Shown here in pieces: positions 17,909 to 27,372 of a stretch of 64,000 nucleotides of DNA. Made by a program: the position numbers and the translations under genes. The notes beneath the pieces were generated by a model. It made no database searches, had not been told where the DNA came from, and was given only the letters and a program-made list of their open reading frames with translations. This stretch comes from Thermoplasmatales archaeon (lineage in GTDB: Archaea; Thermoplasmatota; Thermoplasmata; Thermoplasmatales; Thermoplasmataceae). Each line of letters opens with the position of its first letter. Position 1 is the first letter of the stretch. Location of the stretch: the NCBI GenBank assembly GCA_027310185.1, contig DAIDBH010000019.1, positions 1-64,000 of the forward strand. Direction: 5' to 3'.

Positions 17909-19813
17909 ATGCCATTCAGATATGATATAGGTATTTCTTCAGGGAAGAAAAGGGTTGAAAATGGTATAGGGATAGGGAAGGGAGCCAATGGAAATCCGTA
18001 TCTAATCAATAATCAGTCCTTGATGTTCCACACATTGATCACAGGTAGAACAGGTACAGGCAAGTCAAATCTTCTGTTGAACCTTTGCATGAATATTCTG
18101 AAGATAGATAATTCAAGCATGGTTATCATAGACTTTCACGGTTCACTATCCGACAATATTATTTCAATGATGAATAACAGGCAACTGATCTACCTTGGAA
18201 GTACTCCAGATGGAAGGAAGAGCGTAAAGATGAATATACTCAAGGGAGCCTCAGAGTCATCAGTATCATTCTACCTGATACAGGAAATATTCTCCAGGGA
18301 ATCCTCTCTTTCAGGTGGGACATGGGGACCAAGGTTGCAGACCATATTCACATCAGTGCTAAGGGAAATATTACGGAATGATCCAGAATCAACTCTTGGT
18401 GATTTCATGGAGACCCTTCTTTCAAGGCAGCTGATGAAATCACTTTCTGATAATTGCTCAAAGGAAAGCAAAAAGGTCATTGTAAACCTAATCTCCAGAT
18501 GGCAGTCATGGATAGAATACAGCTCAAGTTCCATAAATAAATTATATCCTATTTTAAGTGATCCTAAAATAAAATCACTGGTTTCTTCAAGAAACGAAAG
18601 CATGGAGATCATCAAGGAACTCAGGGAGGGAGGTAAGGTTGTGATAATTGATGTATCAAAGACCAGATTCTCCACAACACAGGGAAAAATAATCTCTTCA
18701 CTTATACTCAACAGGATCTGGACTGAGATCCTGAGGGAGGGGGCAATCTCCCCAACTATGATAGTTGCTGATGAGGCACAGAATCTAAACTCCAGTGTAA
18801 TGTCTGAAATTCTAAGTGAGGGAAGGAAATTCAATACCTACCTTACCGTAGCTTCCCAGTATCTCGACCAGTATGATCGATACATAAAGGGCGCTCTCCT
18901 TTCAAATTGTGGCTCAATTTATTCATTCAATGTATCAGAAAAGGATGCAATGGAAATAAGCAATGTTATCACTGACAGGAGGAAGAGGGCTGAAACATTG
19001 AAATCTATCTTACTTGGAACCCCTCACAATGTAACTCATTTCAATTTTCTCTCTCAGAGAGGCATTGAGGTGGATAGCTTTACTCCATATTTAGTTGAGA
19101 AAACGGGAAGCAGAATAGAGGTTGAATCGAGAATAAGGGAAAGCATAAATATCTATGGTAACGAAGATGAGCAGGAGGTAACATCGGAAATTCAAGCACT
19201 TCCGGTTCACACATACCTATTAACGTTCATGTTGCGTTTCCTTGAAAGCAAGGGGATCTTCCCGGAGAAGGAGAAAAAGTTGAACAGCTTGAGGCCGGAC
19301 ATGATGTTCTTTCATAAAGATCGTCCTGTCGTGGTTGAAATCGAAGTTTCTGACATAGGGAAATTTTCAAGGGTCGTTGAAAAAGCCGTAAATTATAGCA
19401 CTTTGAAATTGATCTTTCTGTGTGACATGAATAATGGCAAAATTCTATACGAAAAATTCTGCGACAGGGATACTGTGATAAGGAGTCTTGAAAATCTCAG
19501 AATGAAGGGAACCGGTTCATATTTTGATTTCAAGAATATTCTCATATGCGAGGAAAGAAACGGTCTTCTGTATGTGATAGAGGGTGGGAAACTGGCAAGA
19601 TTTTCAATAGAAAAACTTGATAATTACAGAACATTCATGCAACAGTCTAACATTGATCCAACCTTTATGGAGGCCTGCTTGAACGAAATGAAACGCAAAT
19701 CAGATTACTACATTGGCCGGGAAGAATTGAAGAAATTTTGGAACGAATCTATGGCAGATTTCTCATTCACTTACAGTAATGAAAAACTTACATTAGTTGA
19801 TTTGTATAAATAA
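17909..19813 (+). CDS. HerA/VirB4/TraD-like (FtsK-HerA superfamily) ATPase with C-terminal nuclease-like region
   Basis: Walker A GRTGTGKS, IIDFHG, Walker B IVADEAQN, EGRKF, ASQYLDQ; C-terminal RPDMMF...VVVEIE. Confidence 0.85.
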   Translation: MPFRYDIGISSGKKRVENGIGIGKGANGNPYLINNQSLMFHTLITGRTGTGKSNLLLNLCMNILKIDNSSMVIIDFHGSLSDNIISMMNNRQLIYLGSTPDGRKSVKMNILKGASESSVSFYLIQEIFSRESSLSGGTWGPRLQTIFTSVLREILRNDPESTLGDFMETLLSRQLMKSLSDNCSKESKKVIVNLISRWQSWIEYSSSSINKLYPILSDPKIKSLVSSRNESMEIIKELREGGKVVIIDVSKTRFSTTQGKIISSLILNRIWTEILREGAISPTMIVADEAQNLNSSVMSEILSEGRKFNTYLTVASQYLDQYDRYIKGALLSNCGSIYSFNVSEKDAMEISNVITDRRKRAETLKSILLGTPHNVTHFNFLSQRGIEVDSFTPYLVEKTGSRIEVESRIRESINIYGNEDEQEVTSEIQALPVHTYLLTFMLRFLESKGIFPEKEKKLNSLRPDMMFFHKDRPVVVEIEVSDIGKFSRVVEKAVNYSTLKLIFLCDMNNGKILYEKFCDRDTVIRSLENLRMKGTGSYFDFKNILICEERNGLLYVIEGGKLARFSIEKLDNYRTFMQQSNIDPTFMEACLNEMKRKSDYYIGREELKKFWNESMADFSFTYSNEKLTLVDLYK

Positions 19814-19887
19814 ATATAGATACATATCAGTAGGCCAGGCTTATTAAGGTCAGAAATATATTTATAAGACCATTAACATGTAAAACC

Positions 19888-20586
19888 ATGATATCTGAAG
19901 AGGTAAATGAAAATAACTTCTACGAGAAGACATACCAGTTTGTAAAGAAGCACAGTGCCATAGATAATGAATTTATAAACAGATTCGCAAGAGGCGATAT
20001 TAGTGTTGATGAATTCAAGCGTTTCTCAGTGGAATTTTTCCACTTTACGCGGGAGTGGCCGGCTATTCTATCTACCCTGCTGGTTAATACTCCGGATGAA
20101 TCTGACGCTGCCAACCTGACAACAATCCTTGTCTCTGAACTGGGTGACATGGATCCAACAAAGAGGCATGAGCTTCTGTACAGGAAGTATCTGAGAAGCC
20201 TCAACATGGATCCAACACCACTTGTCAAGGCAAAGCAGTTACCAACAACAAAGGCATGGCTTGATGGCATGAGAAATTATTTTTCATCTGATTATTATGA
20301 GGCTCTTGGGGCAGAATTTGGACTTGAGAACATGGCCATACCCATGTGGGACAAAATTCTTGCAGGATTCACCATTTTTAAGAAGGAACATCCGGAATTC
20401 AAGAATGCAGACATTGAATATTTTACATTCCACAGGGAACTGGAAGAACATCATGAGGAGGCAATGGAAGATGTTCTCGGAACGCACAAGAGTGATCCTG
20501 AGGCACGGGAAAAATTCTTCAAAGGGGCAAAGGGTATCCTGGACCTGGAAAAGAATTTCTGGCTTGGGCTTTCAGACAAGCACTGA
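19888..20586 (+). CDS. Heme-oxygenase-like di-iron enzyme (CADD/PqqC/TenA fold)
   Basis: SELG...RHELLY, GAEFGLE, YFTFHRELEEHH (HxxxE/DxxH ligand pattern). Confidence 0.82.
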   Translation: MISEEVNENNFYEKTYQFVKKHSAIDNEFINRFARGDISVDEFKRFSVEFFHFTREWPAILSTLLVNTPDESDAANLTTILVSELGDMDPTKRHELLYRKYLRSLNMDPTPLVKAKQLPTTKAWLDGMRNYFSSDYYEALGAEFGLENMAIPMWDKILAGFTIFKKEHPEFKNADIEYFTFHRELEEHHEEAMEDVLGTHKSDPEAREKFFKGAKGILDLEKNFWLGLSDKH

Positions 20587-20717
20587 TTTAATAATTTAGA
20601 AAATTTTTTTCCATTCTTTCAATTCATGTTAACTTAAAACCGTTTCTCTTTATTATTATAATCTTAAAAAGTTGTAATAAAAACTAAATTGCATTGGAGC
20701 ATTTTCGCAAGTAAAAT

Positions 20718-21260
20718 ATGAAAGTCTATTTTGTGAGGCATGGAGAAACCGAATGGAACAGGGAAGGAAGATGGCAGGGGAGTTATGATATTGGCCTCTC
20801 AGAGGATGGTAAGAAACAGGCTTTAGAAGCTTCTTTCAGGTTAGAAAATAAGCACATCGATGCCATTTATTCAAGTGACCTCAAAAGGGCATATGAAACT
20901 GCTGAGTTCATCAGCAAGAAGACCGGGAATAGGAACATCATAAAGGACACAAGGCTGCGCGAAAGAAGACTTGGAAAGATAGAGGGAAAAACGTCATTGG
21001 AAGTTTCTGAGTTGTTATCAATGAATATTGACCTTATGGATATAATAGGCAAGGATCTACCTGTGGATGGGATGGAGCCACTTGAAAGCCAGTTTCAGAG
21101 AGCCCGGCAGTTCATCAACGACCTCAGAACATCAGATCATAACGTTGCAGTTGTGGTCTCACATGGGGTAACAATAGGGATAATGCTGGAAATCATAACC
21201 GGAGAAGATTTTCGAAAGAGAAAAATAGGGAATTGTGAAATCATAGAGACGATGCTATAG
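20718..21260 (+). CDS. Histidine phosphatase family protein
   Basis: RHGETEWN, SSDLKRAYET, LRERRLG, VSHG. Confidence 0.92.
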   Translation: MKVYFVRHGETEWNREGRWQGSYDIGLSEDGKKQALEASFRLENKHIDAIYSSDLKRAYETAEFISKKTGNRNIIKDTRLRERRLGKIEGKTSLEVSELLSMNIDLMDIIGKDLPVDGMEPLESQFQRARQFINDLRTSDHNVAVVVSHGVTIGIMLEIITGEDFRKRKIGNCEIIETML

Positions 21261-21267
21261 GCTTCCA

Positions 21268-21705
21268 CTAAATGAGGGCGCCAAGAGCCATAAATATTAG
21301 AGTTAATACAGCAAAAACAAGTTCTAGTGATACATATTTTTTGAGGTCTTTTCCCTTCTCCGGAGTTATATTTTTTGCCAGTCTCATTGCAAAACCTTCT
21401 CCGAAGATTACATAGGAAATTATGGCAAAAACAATACCAATAGAGAGGAGTATTCCACCTGTAGAATCAAAGCTAAAAGAAGAATGCAGATAGCCGGTTA
21501 AAGCAGCAACCACAATACCCATTATTATGGCCAGACCACCTATCATTCTTGAAACATTACCTGAGACCATCAACCTGCTGGCCGTTTCCTCAGTGGGGGA
21601 AGATAGATATGCTGAGACTGCCGTGTAAAACCAGAATATCATAATTATCCATAGAACTCCGAAAACTCCATGTATTCCAGCCAGTGCCTTGAATGTTGAA
21701 TCCAT
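21268..21705 (-). CDS. Hypothetical membrane protein
   Basis: 145 aa, four TMs, His in first helix. Confidence 0.78.
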   Translation of the reverse strand: MDSTFKALAGIHGVFGVLWIIMIFWFYTAVSAYLSSPTEETASRLMVSGNVSRMIGGLAIIMGIVVAALTGYLHSSFSFDSTGGILLSIGIVFAIISYVIFGEGFAMRLAKNITPEKGKDLKKYVSLELVFAVLTLIFMALGALI

Positions 21706-22122
21706 TTTAGATCATTTCCAGATCATCTTAACCCTATTATAATTTTTTAACCAGCAAAAAGAGGCATCCTGTTCATTAATATTGGATAACAGGTGTAATG
21801 AATAATCTTCTCTATCCAATCCTGTTCCATTGGCATGTGATAAATATATAAACAAATTTGACTGTTTATTGCATCATATAGCATGGTCTCAAGATTTGTT
21901 GAGATGAAGCAGTGGATGAAATATCACTGGATGAATTAGAATTGAAACTCATAAAGATATCGCTGACAACTTTTGAAATAGAAAGCTCACTGTGAAATAG
22001 ATGACATGTACCCTGGTCTATTTCGTCGTATTCTGTTTAACTTCCTTGAACTGGATTGTAAGATTAGTTGAAATTTGACTAATATCCACAATAGATTTAA
22101 TATTCGTAAAACATACTATAAT

Positions 22123-22539
22123 ATGCAACATAGAAAAGATGGAAACTTCGTCATAGTAAAGCTGGATGAAGGAGAAGATATAATAAAATCACTGGAACAG
22201 GTGCTTGTCAATGAAAATATAAAAAATGGCTTCATAGTGTCAGGAATAGGGGCTGGGGTAGAGCTGGAGATTGGCTATCTGAGAGGAAAGACATATGAAA
22301 GGGAAATATTCAATCCGCCAATGGAAATAACATCATTTTCAGGAAGCATAACAGAAGGAGACCCGAAGATGCACATTCATATTAACGCATCAGGGCCTGA
22401 TCATTTGACCTATGGAGGGCATCTTTTCAGCGGGAAGGCAAAACCATTAATGGAAATATTACTGTTTTCATCAGGTTCCATAAGAATGACGCGGGAATTG
22501 AAGGAAAGCAGTGGTATGAAAGAGATCAGGTTTCTCTGA
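22123..22539 (+). CDS. PPC/DUF296 domain protein
   Basis: KLDEGED, SGIG, EITSFSGSI, HIH, GGHL; ATG at 22123 preferred over TTG at 22075. Confidence 0.88.
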   Translation: MQHRKDGNFVIVKLDEGEDIIKSLEQVLVNENIKNGFIVSGIGAGVELEIGYLRGKTYEREIFNPPMEITSFSGSITEGDPKMHIHINASGPDHLTYGGHLFSGKAKPLMEILLFSSGSIRMTRELKESSGMKEIRFL

Positions 22540-23575
22540 TCAGTTCCCTGATCAGTTCAAGGTGCCATGGTTCTCTATTCTTTATTTTTGAGTAGATACT
22601 ATCTGCATCCTTCTCCTCTACCCCATATTTTGATAGAGTTTCATTAAATCCCAGGGAAGCTATGAATTCCTTTACCAGAAAGTAAGCGTTTTCTGGGTCC
22701 TCATCCACGACATTTTTTCCAGATATGGTGGAAGCAATCTCTCTCATTGCTTCAGGGAAAAGAACTGAATAATGTTTCATGACTGCAGGCAACGTTATGC
22801 AGGATGTTATTCCGTGAGGAATTTCAAACTTTGATCCAACAACCTTGCCTATGTTGTGGCTTATCCCCATGGGAGAGTCGTAGACCTGCCAGTAAGAGTA
22901 CCATGAAGCTATCTGGCATTTCAATCGTGACTCAAGATCGTTAGACTCCAAATTATCAAACAGCAGCCGTACGCCTTTCAGCGCAGCAGTTCTTGAAATT
23001 TCCAGTAGATTTGGCTGTATGATGCTCTCAACACAGTGATCCATAGATCTTACGCCCGTAGATCTCCATAATCTTTCAGGCGTCTCAACAGTCATTTCCG
23101 GATCGAGTATTACCTCCTGTGGGGTTATCTTCTTGTCTCTGATACCGTCCTTCTCACCCCCAATGGTATAACCCGCGATATGTGAAAATTCAGATGCAGA
23201 CAGTGTTGTTGGAACTGCAATGTGAAGCGTTTCAAGATCATAGTAATACTTCACCACTTTTGCTGCATCGGTAACACTCCCCCCTCCAACTGAAAGTATT
23301 GAATCGCAGTGATTGTTCCTGTAAACTTCCACTGCATGTTCAATTTCTTCCATGGGGGAATGCTGTGTTATCTGGTTCATGATGAAATAATCAATTCCAA
23401 GAATATTCAGAATCTTATTGAATCCCCGTGTTTTTGAAACTGAGTTACCAGTTATTATGAGTAATCTTTTCTTCCTGGTCTGGGTTAAAATAGAATTTAT
23501 GTTTGAAACTGACCCTTTACCATACGTTACCCTGTTAAGTGGAACATAATTAAATTCTTCTATCACTGGTACCAC
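22526..23575 (-). CDS. Iron-containing alcohol dehydrogenase family (maleylacetate reductase-like)
   Basis: VGGGSVTDAAK, VPTTLSASE, DHCVE, GISHNIG, IPHGITS. Confidence 0.88.
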   Translation of the reverse strand: MVPVIEEFNYVPLNRVTYGKGSVSNINSILTQTRKKRLLIITGNSVSKTRGFNKILNILGIDYFIMNQITQHSPMEEIEHAVEVYRNNHCDSILSVGGGSVTDAAKVVKYYYDLETLHIAVPTTLSASEFSHIAGYTIGGEKDGIRDKKITPQEVILDPEMTVETPERLWRSTGVRSMDHCVESIIQPNLLEISRTAALKGVRLLFDNLESNDLESRLKCQIASWYSYWQVYDSPMGISHNIGKVVGSKFEIPHGITSCITLPAVMKHYSVLFPEAMREIASTISGKNVVDEDPENAYFLVKEFIASLGFNETLSKYGVEEKDADSIYSKIKNREPWHLELIRELIRET

Positions 23576-24705
23576 GATCTGGAATATTCTGGATCTTCAA
23601 TTTCCTTTCCCTTTGTAGTGAGGAACAGGTGATCATAGGTTTCAATCATGACTGCAATTTCATCAGTCCCTTCCTTTCCTATTGCTTTCTCTACTGCACC
23701 TGGTTGCGGTCCATGAATTATTCCCCTTACATGAAGTGTTACGGAACCTGGTTCTATGCCTTTTCTGCTCATGAAGTTGCCAGAAGAATAGAAGAGGAAT
23801 TCATCTACATCTATATTGTTGTGGTAATATGAAATCGGTATACTCTTTGGATGAAAATCAAATTTTCTAGGAAGGAAAGTGCCAACCATCATGGACTTCG
23901 AGGAGAATGTTTCGTGAACAGGTGGGGGCATATGGATCTTGCCTACTATGGGTGCCATTGCATCTGTATTTATGGCATAGGGATATAAATAGCCATCCCA
24001 TCCTTCAACGTCAAGTGGATTGTGATCCCGTTCCTCAATGACTAAATTATCATCAAGTTCAACAAAAACCCTAAAGTTTCCTGTTTCATCCCTTGGTTTC
24101 TGAAGTTTTGGAACTCTTATATTTCTTGTATAGTAGGGAGAACCTTCCTTGATCTGACCGTAAAGATTCAGATATCTCCTTGGGAGGGTTAGGTCGTCCT
24201 TTGATTGAAATATGAGAAAATAAGATTCTGGCGAGCAGTCTAATTTGAATGTGAGCCCCTTTGGTATGTAAATATAATCTCCTGGCCCGAATTGTATATC
24301 CCCAAGGATTGATATTAAATTCCCATTGCCTTTGTGCACAAACAGAAGCATATCGTATATACCATTCCTGTAAAAATCGTCAGTATTTCTTTCAGGTTTG
24401 AGTATCTGAACCTTAACCCTGTCATTCATGAGAATCGTAACTTTTCCATCTATAATCGTACCATTTCTTGGAAGATTTGATGTTTTCAGATGTCTGTGCG
24501 AATAGGGAACATCATCTATTTGCTCTTTCTGAATTTCCTTAGCAGTGAATTTCCTGACCCTCGTAGGTTCGTGTATATGGTACAGGAGACTGTATGGCCC
24601 ATCGAAGCTTTCCTCCCCAAACAACTCCTCTCTTCTCAGCTTATTCTCATCATCATATGTATGCCTTGTCTCAGGCATAATTCCCTGTTTTACGTAAAAA
24701 ACCAT
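23563..24705 (-). CDS. hmgA: Homogentisate 1,2-dioxygenase
   Basis: EELFGEESFDGPYSLLYH, PLDVEGWDG, HMPPPVH, YYHNNIDVDE, GSVTLH..GIIHGP, EIAVMIET; ATG at 24705 preferred. Confidence 0.92.
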   Translation of the reverse strand: MVFYVKQGIMPETRHTYDDENKLRREELFGEESFDGPYSLLYHIHEPTRVRKFTAKEIQKEQIDDVPYSHRHLKTSNLPRNGTIIDGKVTILMNDRVKVQILKPERNTDDFYRNGIYDMLLFVHKGNGNLISILGDIQFGPGDYIYIPKGLTFKLDCSPESYFLIFQSKDDLTLPRRYLNLYGQIKEGSPYYTRNIRVPKLQKPRDETGNFRVFVELDDNLVIEERDHNPLDVEGWDGYLYPYAINTDAMAPIVGKIHMPPPVHETFSSKSMMVGTFLPRKFDFHPKSIPISYYHNNIDVDEFLFYSSGNFMSRKGIEPGSVTLHVRGIIHGPQPGAVEKAIGKEGTDEIAVMIETYDHLFLTTKGKEIEDPEYSRSWYQ

Positions 24706-24706
24706 C

Positions 24707-25582
24707 TTAACACACCTCATTTTTTAAAATTCCTAAAGTTTCAGATCTTATTTCCACCACATCACCCTTCTGCAGCCATCTGGTTTCTGGATCATCTTTC
24801 TCGAACAGGCATCCACCAGCCATGGTTCCCGTCATCAGGATATCCCCTCTCTTCAGGTAGCTATCCATTGAGCAGTATTCTATTAATTTGCCAATGCTGA
24901 AATACATGTCATTCATATTTGAACTGGAAAATGGTTGTCCGTTTATGCTTGAATCCACCCTGATATCAAAAGTCCTGCCATTCCATCTATCCATGATTTC
25001 ATCCTTTGTGGTTATATATGGGCCGACGCTTGTAGCAAAATCTTTGGATTTGGATGGTCCAAGATTAAGTGTTGCCTCTTTCCTCCAGAGGTCACGTGCA
25101 CTCCAGTCATTCATGAGGGTCAATCCATAGACATATTCCAGCGCCTGATCACTTTTTATATTCTTACCATCTTTTCCTATTATAATCCCAATTTCAACTT
25201 CAAGGTCCAGTTGCCTGGTAAAATCAGGCTTTGCTATTTTTTTGCCGCCTGAGATGAGAGCCTCCTTGTTTGTATAATAATATATGGGGATCTCATACCA
25301 AAATGGATTCATTTCTAGCCCACGATTCTTTCTCGAGTTCTTCACATGTTCCTCAAAGGCATAAAAATCTCTCACCTGATTAATCTCCTTCAATGGAACA
25401 AGCAGATCGTATTCTCCCTTCACCTGATGAAACTCTGAAATGTGATCTTTAAAAATTTTACTGTTAAAATCAAATATGGATAGTTTATTCCCATTGAGGA
25501 AATCGGATAAGTCATAAACCTCCTTTCCAGAAAATACTGCATACGAATCTTTCCCTTCGTATGAAATCCTTCCTATTTTCAT
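24707..25582 (-). CDS. Fumarylacetoacetate hydrolase family protein (tyrosine catabolism context)
   Basis: RDFYAFEEHV, PIYYYTN, LDLEVE, NDWSARD, KSKDFA, GTMAGGC; between hppD and hmgA. Confidence 0.9.
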   Translation of the reverse strand: MKIGRISYEGKDSYAVFSGKEVYDLSDFLNGNKLSIFDFNSKIFKDHISEFHQVKGEYDLLVPLKEINQVRDFYAFEEHVKNSRKNRGLEMNPFWYEIPIYYYTNKEALISGGKKIAKPDFTRQLDLEVEIGIIIGKDGKNIKSDQALEYVYGLTLMNDWSARDLWRKEATLNLGPSKSKDFATSVGPYITTKDEIMDRWNGRTFDIRVDSSINGQPFSSSNMNDMYFSIGKLIEYCSMDSYLKRGDILMTGTMAGGCLFEKDDPETRWLQKGDVVEIRSETLGILKNEVC

Positions 25583-25592
25583 GATTACCTGT

Positions 25593-26678
25593 TTATAGGT
25601 TTCCCCTTCTGGCCTGATCTTTTTCTATGGACTGGAACAGTGCCTTGAAATTACCCTTCCCGAAAGAGGTAGCACCTTTCCTCTGAATAACTTCATAAAA
25701 GAACGTAGGTCTGTCTCCCGTGGGTTTGGTGAAAATCTGAAGCAGGTATCCATCGTCATCCCTGTCAACCAGTATATTCAGTGATTTTAAGGTAGCAATA
25801 TCCTCATCTATCTTTCCCACTCTCTGGGCAAGCTCATCATAGTAGGAATCTGGCGCAGATTGAAACTGTATTCCTTCATTCTTCATTTTGGAAACAGTAC
25901 CCACAATGTCGTCAGTATGAAGCGCTATGTGCTGCACACCTGGCATATGATAATAATCCAGATACTCCTGTATCTGGGATTTCTTTTTTCCAGGCGCAGG
26001 TTCATTGATTGGAAAAACTATCTTCCTGTTGTTATATTGTACAACCTTTGACCTGAGAGCAGTGAATTCTGTGCTTATATCCTTGTCATCAAAACTTATG
26101 AGCGGCTCAAAACCCATTCCATCCACATAGTAATCTACCCAGCTGTCCATTTTCTTATCTTCTACATTACCTACTATATGATCAAATCTTGTAATTCCAC
26201 TGCCCTTGGTCTCTATCATTTCCACGGGCTCAAAGTTTGGTGGTAACCTGGATTCAAATTCTCCATAGTCTATCAGGGAATGAACAGTCTCTCCATAAGT
26301 GAAAGCCTTTGCCCGATGTACAACTCCGTTTTCCGTTTTAACATCTTCCACCTTTCCGTGCTTTACAACCTTTCTTTCCCTTATATCATTAAGTGCATCA
26401 TCAAGACTGTTTACCCTGATTGCAATATCTTTTACTCCATCACCGTGTAATTTAACATGGTTTGATATTTCAGAATCAGGGTTAAGTGAATTCGTAACCA
26501 TTACCTTAACTTTTCCCTGTTCCATCAGGTAAGATACCCTGTCCCTCACCCCTGTCTCCGGTCCACTATAACCTATGACGTTGAAACCCAGTCCAAACTT
26601 GTGATAATATGTCCATTGTTTTGCGGAACCCACATAAAATTCCACATAGTCAACCCTTTCCATTGCCTTTTGTGTCAT
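25593..26678 (-). CDS. hppD: 4-hydroxyphenylpyruvate dioxygenase
   Basis: HGDGVKDIA, DHIVGNV, PINEP, SQIQEYL, GVQHIAL, LLQIFTKP, FYEVIQR, FGKGNFKALF; ATG at 26678 preferred. Confidence 0.95.
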   Translation of the reverse strand: MTQKAMERVDYVEFYVGSAKQWTYYHKFGLGFNVIGYSGPETGVRDRVSYLMEQGKVKVMVTNSLNPDSEISNHVKLHGDGVKDIAIRVNSLDDALNDIRERKVVKHGKVEDVKTENGVVHRAKAFTYGETVHSLIDYGEFESRLPPNFEPVEMIETKGSGITRFDHIVGNVEDKKMDSWVDYYVDGMGFEPLISFDDKDISTEFTALRSKVVQYNNRKIVFPINEPAPGKKKSQIQEYLDYYHMPGVQHIALHTDDIVGTVSKMKNEGIQFQSAPDSYYDELAQRVGKIDEDIATLKSLNILVDRDDDGYLLQIFTKPTGDRPTFFYEVIQRKGATSFGKGNFKALFQSIEKDQARRGNL

Positions 26679-26918
26679 ATCAGATAATAACAAGGAAGGT
26701 ATATGAATATTTTCATAGTCTATATTCTCTGAACGCGTCTGTTACTCATTCTCACGCGAATCCAGATTTTATGTTGAATTTAAATTTATGTAATATATTT
26801 TAAATTATAGATTATTATCTTACTTTTACTGGAAGGAATTCCTAAAACCCGGGGTATGGATAAGGAACCCCCTCATTGATCAAAACATTTTAATACATAT
26901 AAAATTTAAGTGTTATAA

Positions 26919-27368
26919 ATGAAGGAAGTTGTGACTGAAGATAGGGCAGTATCACCAATTATTGCCACAATATTGTTGATAGCCATAACTGTAGTTTTAG
27001 CTGCAACCCTCATCTCAATACTCTCAACTTTTACCAATTCCACCCATCTGGAAGATATTGATTCTTCCTTAAGCCTTAGTGGAGTCATGAATACTACAAA
27101 GACAAATTCCTATGATCTTAATGTTTCTTCCACTAGCACTTCCCCCTCACTATCACAGATATTCATAGAAATATTTGATGGTTCCAGAGAAATCTATGAT
27201 GGCTCTCTGGCACCGGGTCAACACGGTAATCTTACCATTACTACAAACATGACAACCTTTTCTCCATTGGGATTCATTAAGCTTAGCCTCACAGGCAAAT
27301 ATAGTACGATCACGGAAGTTGAACTGATTTATGCAAGTTCTGTTTTTGCAACTGTAACTCCGGTGTGA
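26919..27368 (+). CDS. Archaeal type IV pilin-like protein
   Basis: Class III signal peptide RA|VSPIIATILLIAITVVLAA; Ser/Thr-rich mature domain with NxS/T sequons. Confidence 0.9.
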   Translation: MKEVVTEDRAVSPIIATILLIAITVVLAATLISILSTFTNSTHLEDIDSSLSLSGVMNTTKTNSYDLNVSSTSTSPSLSQIFIEIFDGSREIYDGSLAPGQHGNLTITTNMTTFSPLGFIKLSLTGKYSTITEVELIYASSVFATVTPV

Positions 27369-27372
27369 AAGA

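Noticed and set aside
17909-19813. Integrated conjugative element marked by the VirB4/TraD-like ATPase
   Set aside because: No integrase, relaxase, att repeats or mating-pair genes nearby
21766-21827. Short direct (ATCCTGTTC x2) and inverted (ATTGGATA/TATCCAAT) repeats
   Set aside because: Only 8-9 bp and two copies; compatible with chance
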